From an uncultured delta proteobacterium (GTDB lineage: Bacteria; Desulfobacterota; Binatia; UBA9968), in assembly GCA_963760795.1 (NCBI GenBank), contig CAVXEP010000006.1, positions 32,001 through 96,000 of the forward strand: a DNA stretch of 64,000 nt, read 5' to 3'. Made by a program: the position numbers and the translations under genes. Of this stretch, positions 56,541 to 64,000 are shown piece by piece. Each line of letters begins with the position of its first letter. Within the stretch, counting starts at the first letter, position 1. The notes under the pieces were generated by a model. That model had not been told where the DNA came from. It saw only the letters and a program-made list of their open reading frames with translations, and ran no database searches.

Positions 56541-57533
56541 TCAACGGTACAGCGCTTTAATAAACCCGCTGTCGTCCAGCTCCTTAATAAACCGGTTATC
56601 CATGAAGTCCGACGCTTTGACGTTGGGCGTCTGCGGATTGCGCTGGCGGATGAAATCGATCACGCCCTGCAAGCCCTTCTCGCTCACGTAAGGAACCCGT
56701 GGAATGATCCGGCCGACGTAATAATCGTAACTGGCGTTGAGCACATCTTTATCATCCGTGCGCATGTATTTGCTCAGGACTTTCAAGGTAAATTCCCGGT
56801 GGGTTTGGGCATATTGGATCGCCGCCACGAAACCCTTGGTGAAGCTGCGCACCATATCGGGATTCTCCTTGATCAAAGCGCGCGTCGTGATCATCGACGC
56901 GGCTTCGTAGGGAACGTTGGCTTGGGAAAGGTCCAATATGGCATGGAAGCCCATCTTCTGCGCCGCCACATAGCCGCCGATGGTGACCACCGTGGCATCA
57001 ACCACGCCCTGAGTCATCGCCGCCAGTCTTTCGCTGTCGGTGCCCATGGCGAGAATGGTTACGTCTTTTTCACCGAGTCCCAATTTCTGCACCGCGACCC
57101 TGGCCGCGAGATCAGAATCGGTGCCGGGCCGGCTCGCGCCGATCCGTTTGCCCTTCATGTCGGCGGCGTTGCGGATTTCCTTTTTTGTCACCAGATAGAA
57201 TAACAACCCGGGTGTTGCGGTCGCGATCAGCACGGTGTCCATGCCGCCCAACTTGGCGAGCACGGAAGAGCTGGCGCCGAAGGCGCCGAAATGCGCATCC
57301 TTGGTCGCCAGGGCATTGATCGCGATCGTGCTGCCGCGGAAAAACACCACGTCGACATCCAATCCATATTGTTTATACAACCCGGCTTCGCGAGCGAGCC
57401 AAAACGTCGTCAGGTTTGGCCCGGTGGAACCGAAGGCGAGCACAGCACGATCGAGTTTTTGCGCTGGCGCCGGCGCAGCAATGGAGCTGATCACCATCCC
57501 CGCAACGACTAGCAAACAATGTCTAAACCCCAT
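56541..57533 (-). CDS. NitT/TauT-type ABC substrate-binding protein
   Basis: Signal peptide, AREAGLYKQYGLDV, DMKGKRIG, SGFIKALY end. Confidence 0.85.
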   Translation of the reverse strand: MGFRHCLLVVAGMVISSIAAPAPAQKLDRAVLAFGSTGPNLTTFWLAREAGLYKQYGLDVDVVFFRGSTIAINALATKDAHFGAFGASSSVLAKLGGMDTVLIATATPGLLFYLVTKKEIRNAADMKGKRIGASRPGTDSDLAARVAVQKLGLGEKDVTILAMGTDSERLAAMTQGVVDATVVTIGGYVAAQKMGFHAILDLSQANVPYEAASMITTRALIKENPDMVRSFTKGFVAAIQYAQTHREFTLKVLSKYMRTDDKDVLNASYDYYVGRIIPRVPYVSEKGLQGVIDFIRQRNPQTPNVKASDFMDNRFIKELDDSGFIKALYR

Positions 57534-57558
57534 GCTTCACCTCGGCATCGGAAAAGTG

Positions 57559-58782
57559 CTAAGCGGCCATGCGCTTGAGGCGCGCGCCCAAAAACGCATA
57601 ACCGACTATCGCTAGAACAACGGCTCCGGCGGCGATCGCCAACGGCGCGCTGGTCCATTCGGCGACGAAACCGGCTTGCATGCCACCAAACTCACGCAAG
57701 CCGCCACCGGTTAAACCGTAGAACCCGGAGACCCGGCCACGGAACGCCTCGTCGACGCGCAGCTGAATCGACGTGTTGAGCAGGGTTTCAAATACCGTGC
57801 TCAAGGCGCCGATGGCAACCAAGAGCGCGACGGCGATGGAAAAGTTGCGGCTCAAGGCAAAACCGAACAATGCCGCCGCGAAAGCTAGCAGCATGGAGAC
57901 CATGAGCCAGCGCTTGGCCTCCACTCGTCCCAAACTTGCCAAAGTAAACGAACCGAAGATCGTTCCAAGTCCCGGGCCCGCGGCGAGAAAGCCAAAGCCT
58001 GAGGCACCCACACGCAGGACATCTTTGGCGAACACCGGCAGAAGCGTCGCATAGGAACGGCCGAAGATATTAAAAATCGCCGAAACCGCCAAAAAGTTGA
58101 AAATGATCGGCTCGGCGCGCACGTAACGAAATCCGCCGAGCAAGCTCTGCAGCACCGTGCCGCGCCCAGGCTCCTGGACGTTGGCTGGGACGCGTAGCCG
58201 GAGCAAGGCCGCCACTACAGCCAGGTAACTGACAACGTTGACGTAGAAACATCCGTCGATGCCGATCGTGCCGACGGAAATCCCGACCAAGCTCGGCCCG
58301 AGCAATCCGGCGCCGTTCCAGGTCACGGCGTTTAGCGCCAAAGCATTGACCAGGACATCGCGCGGAATCAATTGCGGCAGCAAAGCCTGGCGCACCGGCT
58401 GTTCGAACGCCCATGTAGTCGACGTGACCGCGCCGAGCACGAAGATATGCCAGACCTGGATCGTATGACTCGATACCAGCAGCGCCAAAGCAAGTGAGGT
58501 GCCCGCGGCGATGAACTGAATCCACAACATCACTTTGCGCCGGTCGATGCGGTCCGACATGATCCCGCCGATAATAAAAAAGCTCAGCAGCATGACCATG
58601 CGCAGCGAGCTGAACAGCCCAAGATAAAGGGGCGACGCGGTCAGATCGAAAAGCAGCCAGCCCATGGCGATGCTCTGCATCCAGGAACCGACGTTGGAAA
58701 CGAAGTAGCTCGACCAAAACCAAAAATAGTCGGGATAGCGAAGCGCGTGAAACGCGCCGTAGGTTTTTGAATCAGTCATCAA
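57559..58782 (-). CDS. MFS transporter (MFS_3-like)
   Basis: SNVGSWMQ, GGIMSDRIDRRK, FRGRVSG; ~12 TM. Confidence 0.9.
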   Translation of the reverse strand: MMTDSKTYGAFHALRYPDYFWFWSSYFVSNVGSWMQSIAMGWLLFDLTASPLYLGLFSSLRMVMLLSFFIIGGIMSDRIDRRKVMLWIQFIAAGTSLALALLVSSHTIQVWHIFVLGAVTSTTWAFEQPVRQALLPQLIPRDVLVNALALNAVTWNGAGLLGPSLVGISVGTIGIDGCFYVNVVSYLAVVAALLRLRVPANVQEPGRGTVLQSLLGGFRYVRAEPIIFNFLAVSAIFNIFGRSYATLLPVFAKDVLRVGASGFGFLAAGPGLGTIFGSFTLASLGRVEAKRWLMVSMLLAFAAALFGFALSRNFSIAVALLVAIGALSTVFETLLNTSIQLRVDEAFRGRVSGFYGLTGGGLREFGGMQAGFVAEWTSAPLAIAAGAVVLAIVGYAFLGARLKRMAA

Positions 58783-58791
58783 GGCTACGCA

Positions 58792-58818
58792 GTAGGGGCG
58801 AAAAATCCTTCGCCCCTA
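58792..58818 (+). repeat. GTAG-type REP
   Basis: GTAGGGGCGAAAAATCCTTCGCCCCTA. Confidence 0.7.
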
Positions 58819-58863
58819 ACCAGATATCATCATGCTAGTTCTTTCGTAAGGAAAAAGAGAAGC

Positions 58864-59916
58864 TTACTGCAAAGCCAACGGATACATCCGTTTGGGATTC
58901 TCGAAACAAATCTTGCGCTTGATGTCCGCGCCGACATCTTCCCGCGCCATAAATCTTTCGATATTCTCGCGAAATTCGGCGCGCGGCTCGTGCGGAAAAT
59001 CGGTGGCGCAGAAAAGGATATCATCGCGTAGCTGCCCGGCCACCTGCGGGATGGCGCGATCTTCGAGCTCACAATGAATGAAGATATGACCGCTTTTCAA
59101 TTGCTCCGAGGGCAACCTTTTGCAATCCGGCACTTCCGTGTTGCGGTGATCGTACTCCATGTCCATGCGTTCAAGTAAATACGGCACCCAGCCGCAGCCC
59201 GCCTCCGCATAAGCGATGTTCAAGTTCGGGAATCTGTCGACCACCCCGTTATAAATCATACTGGTCATCTGAATCATCTGACCAAAACCGTGGCTGAGCG
59301 TGCGCACTTCGATCAACCGATCAAAGTTGTCCACCCCGATCCCTTGTGTCGGTGCGGCGTGAACCGCGAGCAGGGCACCGAGTTTCTCTGCGGCTTCGTA
59401 AACCGGGAAATATTTTGGATCGCCAAGCGGCTGGCGCAATCCGACTGCCGGCAAAACCGCGCCGACAAAGCCGAGTTCTTTAACGGCGCGCTGCAATTCC
59501 TTTACCGCGTCGGGAATCGATTGGAGCGGGATAAGCGCCATGCCCTTCAAGCGTTTTTCCGGTTTAGTAAAGGTCTCGTAAAGGTAATTGTTGTATCCAG
59601 CGGCGACCGCACAAGCCCAGTCCTTATCACGGATTAAACCGAAGGTAAGCCCGGCGGTGGGATAAAGCACCGACCAGGCGATTTGATCTTCATCGAGAAA
59701 ATCTTGCCACTCTTTCAAACTGCCTTTGGCGATGTAACGGCCTTTGCCATCGGCGACCCGCCGCGCTTGGCGGTGAAACCCGTCGAGAGTGGGAAAGAAC
59801 GGGAATGCGAGCAGATCAGCGCGTCCATGGTACGGTCCCGGTAGAAAATCCAGCAGCTCGGCATCGCTTTCGACCACATGTCCGTCGGCATCGATAAAAC
59901 CTTTCATTTTCGTCAT
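58864..59916 (-). CDS. Amidohydrolase_2 family protein
   Basis: IDADGHVVE, LYPT, LAVHA, EAGCGW, TDFPH. Confidence 0.9.
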   Translation of the reverse strand: MTKMKGFIDADGHVVESDAELLDFLPGPYHGRADLLAFPFFPTLDGFHRQARRVADGKGRYIAKGSLKEWQDFLDEDQIAWSVLYPTAGLTFGLIRDKDWACAVAAGYNNYLYETFTKPEKRLKGMALIPLQSIPDAVKELQRAVKELGFVGAVLPAVGLRQPLGDPKYFPVYEAAEKLGALLAVHAAPTQGIGVDNFDRLIEVRTLSHGFGQMIQMTSMIYNGVVDRFPNLNIAYAEAGCGWVPYLLERMDMEYDHRNTEVPDCKRLPSEQLKSGHIFIHCELEDRAIPQVAGQLRDDILFCATDFPHEPRAEFRENIERFMAREDVGADIKRKICFENPKRMYPLALQ

Positions 59917-60046
59917 CGTCGCACCGACTTTCTGCGGCAAGCCGCAGCAAATTTCCGACTTCGTTTCTATGCAATGCCGAGCAGATCTCTGTTGTGTAGC
60001 AAATCCGCGCTGTAGCCACTAAAGAAAAACTAAATGCGCTCCGGAG

Positions 60047-61606
60047 TCAATGGAGCAGCTGTTTTTGCCGCAAAAACTCGCGCGCCACATCCTTCGCCTG
60101 TCGCTTCTCGCCATCCACCGCGTTGTTCAGCTTACGCATCTCATCGACAGTGAGAATGCCGCCGAGCTGTTTCAGCACCTCGCGCAGCGCTGGATATTTC
60201 TCCAAAGCCGACTGGCGCACTACCGGCACCGCGTCGTAGGGCGGAAAATAATGCCGATCGTCTTCGAGTTGAAACAAGCCGTAGCGACTGATCAAACCGT
60301 CGGTGGAGTTGCCAGCGATGAGATCCACCTGATTCTCCGCCAGCGCCCGGTAGGTCAGCGATAAATCCATCTCGCGGGTGGCCTCGAAGTGGAGTCCGTA
60401 GGCCTTGGAAAAACCCGGATAGCCATCGGCGCGCGACATAAAGTCTTGGCCGAAACCGGCACGCCACTGCGACGAAATCTTCGCCGCGTCGCTGACCGTT
60501 TTCAGACCAAGCTTCTTGGCGTCGTCGCCGCGAACGAGAATGGCAAAAGTATTGTTAAAGCCAAGCGGTTCGCTCCATTCGAGGTTAAAGCGCGTGGCGT
60601 ACGCCGATTTCACGCGGCGCAAAACTTCCTGCGGATCGGCCATGGGCTTTTCTTTTAAGATCGCCAAGAGCCCTGTGCCGGTATATTCGACGTAAATGTC
60701 GATCTCGCCGCCGATGAGCGCCTCATGGGCGAGATTGCCGCCCAGGTCGAAACGACGAACCACTTGTAGGCCAGTTTTAGCCTCGATCGCTTGGGCGACG
60801 ATCTCGCCGAGAATGACTTGCTCGGTGAAATCTTTGGAACCGACGGCGATGCGGCCGCCGGTATTACTGTTGAAAAAGTACACCCCGCCGAGCACCGCCA
60901 AAACGACCAGAGCACTAGCCCACAGCAGGCTCTTCGACTTGCCGCGCACCGCCGCACCGAGTTGAATGGTTTTTTCGAAATAGCCAAGCAGTAAATCGGC
61001 GGCGATGGCGATCAGCGCCGCCGGCACCGCGCCGGCCAGGATGAGCACGTTGTCGTTGGCGCGCAAACCGCGAAAGATATAGCGGCCCAAGCCTCCGGCA
61101 TCGATGGCCGCGGCGATGGTCGCGGTGCCGACGCAAATCACCGTGGCGACGCGCACGCCGGCGATGATCACGCCCAACGCCAACGGCAACTCGACTTGCA
61201 ACAGCAACTGGCGGTCGGTCATACCCATGCCGCGGCCGGCGTCGCGAATCGCCGGGTCGACATTACTGATACCGGTAAAAGTATTGCGGATGATCGGCAG
61301 GAGTGAGTAGAGCACCAAGGCGACGATCGCTGTGCGCGCGCCGATGCCACCGACGATTTTAACCTGGAATAAATAAATATTCAGCGGGATGAGAAAACCA
61401 AACAGCGCCAGACTGGGCACAGTCTGCATGATGTTGGCGAAGCCTAAGATCGGCTTGCTCAGTGCCGGCCGGCGCGTCAGCAAGATGCCTAGCGGCACGC
61501 CGATCAGGACGGCGATGCCGGTGGAAACAACGACGAGAAAGAGGTGCTCCAAGACCAGTTCGCCGAGCTCGCCGCGATTGTGGGTGAAGAATTCTAATAG
61601 TGTCAC
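60047..61606 (-). CDS. Fused permease + substrate-binding subunit, betaine/ergothioneine-type ABC importer (EgtU/OpuBC-like)
   Basis: QTVPSLALFG, GRGMGMT, GGLG permease; GSKDFTEQ, YVEYTGT, GFNNTFA, FPPYDA binding domain. Confidence 0.9.
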   Translation of the reverse strand: MTLLEFFTHNRGELGELVLEHLFLVVVSTGIAVLIGVPLGILLTRRPALSKPILGFANIMQTVPSLALFGFLIPLNIYLFQVKIVGGIGARTAIVALVLYSLLPIIRNTFTGISNVDPAIRDAGRGMGMTDRQLLLQVELPLALGVIIAGVRVATVICVGTATIAAAIDAGGLGRYIFRGLRANDNVLILAGAVPAALIAIAADLLLGYFEKTIQLGAAVRGKSKSLLWASALVVLAVLGGVYFFNSNTGGRIAVGSKDFTEQVILGEIVAQAIEAKTGLQVVRRFDLGGNLAHEALIGGEIDIYVEYTGTGLLAILKEKPMADPQEVLRRVKSAYATRFNLEWSEPLGFNNTFAILVRGDDAKKLGLKTVSDAAKISSQWRAGFGQDFMSRADGYPGFSKAYGLHFEATREMDLSLTYRALAENQVDLIAGNSTDGLISRYGLFQLEDDRHYFPPYDAVPVVRQSALEKYPALREVLKQLGGILTVDEMRKLNNAVDGEKRQAKDVAREFLRQKQLLH

Positions 61607-62370
61607 GCCGGTCTCCTGATTGCCTGGCCGTCGTGAAAGCAGGCGGCGAAGGCGCGCGCCTCCGGATGAGACGATTCGAGCAATTCGGCGGGCGCGCCGA
61701 GCAAGACCATCTCGCCGTCCTTGAGCAGCCCGATGCGGCTGCCGAGGACAAACGCCTCGGCGATATCGTGGGTGACGAACACCATGGTCTTGCCCAGGTT
61801 TTGCTGCAAGGCTTTGAACTCCTCTTGAATACCGCGCCGGGTGATCGGATCGAGGGCGCCGAAGGGCTCGTCCAAGAGAATCACCGGCGGATCGGCGGCC
61901 AGCGCGCGTGCGACACCGACCCGCTGGCGCTGGCCGCCGGAAAGCTCACGCGGCATGCTCCCGGCAAAGCGCTCGGCGTCGAGGCCGACCAGATTCAACA
62001 GCTCATAGGCTCGTTGGTGAATGCGTTCCGGCTGCCAACCCTCCAGCCGCGGCACCACGCCAATGTTTTGTTCGATAGTCAGGTGCGGGAACAAGCCGAT
62101 CTCCTGGATCACATAGCCAATGCGCCGGCGCAGTTGGATCGGATCCCAGTCCACCGTCGGCTTGCCATCGATGATTACTTGTCCGGCGGTCGGGTCGATT
62201 AAGCGGTTGATCAGTTTCATCGTCGTGGTCTTGCCTGAGCCGCTGCGGCCAAGCAGCACCAAGGTCTCGCCCCGGCCGACCTGCAAATTAAGATGGGCCA
62301 ACAGGGTCTTGCCGCCCGGCAAAACGAAGCTGACATCGCGAAATTCAATGGCGGATTCTGTATTACTCAT
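61603..62370 (-). CDS. ABC ATPase of the betaine-type importer (EgtV/OpuA-like, no CBS domain)
   Basis: GRSGSGKTT, LRRRIGYVIQ, LSGGQRQR, DEPFGALDP. Confidence 0.92.
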   Translation of the reverse strand: MSNTESAIEFRDVSFVLPGGKTLLAHLNLQVGRGETLVLLGRSGSGKTTTMKLINRLIDPTAGQVIIDGKPTVDWDPIQLRRRIGYVIQEIGLFPHLTIEQNIGVVPRLEGWQPERIHQRAYELLNLVGLDAERFAGSMPRELSGGQRQRVGVARALAADPPVILLDEPFGALDPITRRGIQEEFKALQQNLGKTMVFVTHDIAEAFVLGSRIGLLKDGEMVLLGAPAELLESSHPEARAFAACFHDGQAIRRPA

Positions 62371-62425
62371 GATCTCCTGGCGGCGGTCGCATCCGCGTTA
62401 GATTTCTTTTATAGTCACCCGGGCC

Positions 62426-63460
62426 ATGGAACAGCAAACCTTACCGATTATTTTCAGCGCCGATGAAACATCACGCTGGTCCTCCGAACACGCGGGAATC
62501 TGGTCGCTGCGCGGCGCCGATTTCGACTCGGTGCCGACAATGTCGATTTTGACCACGCTGTGGGACCACCCGCGTTGGCTCGAGGCATATCACCTCTACG
62601 ACGCCCAAGGCTCGGAACTCTTCGAAGATATCTGCGAACTGCCGGAATACTATCTCACCCGCACCGAGAATAGCATTCTCGAAGTTCAGGCAAAAAACAT
62701 CATCGCCGCCGCACCGGTCAAGTGCATCGTCGAGCTCGGCGCCGGTTACAGCAAAAAAACCGTCCACCTGCTCACCGAACAGTTGCGCCAGCGCGGCAGC
62801 TGTCAGTTCGCGCCCATCGATGTCAGCATCGCCGGACTGCTCGCCTCCCAAGCGGCGGTGCGCCGCGATTTCCCGCAAATCCAGTTCCACGGCATCCACT
62901 CGCGCTACGAAGAAGGCTTCTCCGCCGTCGACAAGAATCTGCCGACGCTTTTCGTGTTTCTCGGCAGCACTATCGGCAACTTCAATCAGACCGAGTTCCC
63001 GCGTTTCTTCCGCGCCCTCGCGGACAACATGGGAGCCAACGATTATTTGCTCCTGGGCGCCGACCGGGTCAAAGACAAAAATATTCTAGAACCCGCCTAC
63101 AACGACAGCCGCGGCATCACAGCGGCATTTATTTTGAACGTGTTCGGCAACATCAACCGACTGCTCGGCGCTAACTTCGATCGCGCCAAAATGCGCTATC
63201 ACTCATGGTTCAATCCCGAGTGGCAGCAGATCGAGATGTACGCGGTGGCCAATGAATCCCATTCCATCAGCATCCCCAGCGCCAACGCAGCGTTTACCTG
63301 GAATAAGAATGAACGCATCCTGGTCGAAATCAGCCGCAAGTTCGAACCCAACCGCTTGCAGGAACAATTGGGCTTCCTCGGCTTACAGCCGGTCGCCCAC
63401 TACACCGATCCGAAGGAATGGTTTTCAGTTTTCTTGTTGCGCAAACAAGCTCACAGATAG
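62426..63460 (+). CDS. egtD: L-histidine N-alpha-methyltransferase (Methyltransf_33)
   Basis: LFEDICELPEYYLTRTE, VELGAG..KT, FLGSTIGN, AYND..GITAAF, IEM, EISRKF. Confidence 0.85.
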   Translation: MEQQTLPIIFSADETSRWSSEHAGIWSLRGADFDSVPTMSILTTLWDHPRWLEAYHLYDAQGSELFEDICELPEYYLTRTENSILEVQAKNIIAAAPVKCIVELGAGYSKKTVHLLTEQLRQRGSCQFAPIDVSIAGLLASQAAVRRDFPQIQFHGIHSRYEEGFSAVDKNLPTLFVFLGSTIGNFNQTEFPRFFRALADNMGANDYLLLGADRVKDKNILEPAYNDSRGITAAFILNVFGNINRLLGANFDRAKMRYHSWFNPEWQQIEMYAVANESHSISIPSANAAFTWNKNERILVEISRKFEPNRLQEQLGFLGLQPVAHYTDPKEWFSVFLLRKQAHR

Positions 63461-64000
63461 GGCCGCACCCGCAGCACCGGCGCGCCCTGCGGTAGATCCT
63501 GGAGCGCGATGGGACCGCGCAGTTGATGCAGGGCCGTGGTGAAATAGCTGCCATGGTATTTGCCTGCCTGAGCGTCGAACCCCTTGGGCAAATCGATCCA
63601 GGAGATCGCCGGATTGATGTGATGAATACCGTGCAGATTGAAATTCAACAATAAGCCCGCCAGCGGTTTGGGCAGACTGAGATTCTTGGCAAAAAACACA
63701 TCGCTCACCGCCGTCTCGTAGTGATAAATATTGTCGAGAAACGAAATCAGCAATGCGCGCGCCGCCAACGCACCGAGCAACAACGGCCAGTGCGGACCGA
63801 ATGAGTAAAATGCCAAGACCAACCATCCCATCGTCAACGCCCCGTCGCGGCGAATCTCGCGCAGCGATTCGGCGCCGAGCCAGTTCTGCATCAAAATATT
63901 GCTGACGCTCTGCGCCGGCAGATAGCGCCGCGAAAGCGCTCCAGCCAGCGCCGCGGCAAGAAAAAATAGAGCGGACTGATGACTTCGACAAGGTACAGGC
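63451..64000 (-). CDS. Fatty acid desaturase-like membrane protein, C-terminal part (5' end beyond window; probable frameshift near 63900)
   Basis: LDNIYHY...LLNFNLHGIHHINPAISWIDLP (HxxHH-P His box) after hydrophobic helices. Confidence 0.7.
   Translation of the reverse strand, partial: PVPCRSHQSALFFLAAALAGALSRRYLPAQSVSNILMQNWLGAESLREIRRDGALTMGWLVLAFYSFGPHWPLLLGALAARALLISFLDNIYHYETAVSDVFFAKNLSLPKPLAGLLLNFNLHGIHHINPAISWIDLPKGFDAQAGKYHGSYFTTALHQLRGPIALQDLPQGAPVLRVRPYL

Overview
A GC-rich bacterial chromosomal window. The gene content (dapL, a DUF507 pair, the ffh-rpsP-khpA-rimM-trmD-rplS operon with a TrmD-SPOUT fusion, orphan NitT/TauT binding proteins, amidohydrolases, cupins) suggests a deltaproteobacteria-like lineage such as Binatia; this is inference only. 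Most of the window is housekeeping: glyoxylate shunt (glcB, long ICL2-type aceA), peptidoglycan recycling (ldcA, serine hydrolase, mpl), groESL, rarA, hrpB, plant-like thrC/metB, comEC-uvrC-uvrB, and an EgtUV-like ABC importer divergent from an egtD homologue. The best accessory signal is a ~2.9 kb island without an integrase, inserted at the 3' end of an initiator tRNA-Met. It is bounded by a tandemly duplicated tRNA 3' end plus terminator, and carries an RHH regulator, a Cys-rich ORF, a terminase-small-subunit-like fragment and a 352 aa two-domain protein with a TIR/nucleoside-deoxyribosyltransferase-like C-terminus (candidate undescribed defence effector). Other notable structure: a DnaA-box cluster at 18.4-18.7 kb, a dispersed modular palindromic repeat family (CACGAAG/CTTCGTG), GTAG REPs, a mosaic duplication relic at 36.9 kb, and a minimal AAA ATPase-bicupin pair. 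Many conserved genes carry single-base frameshifts, most likely sequencing or assembly indels. All product calls come from motif recognition; no searches were run.
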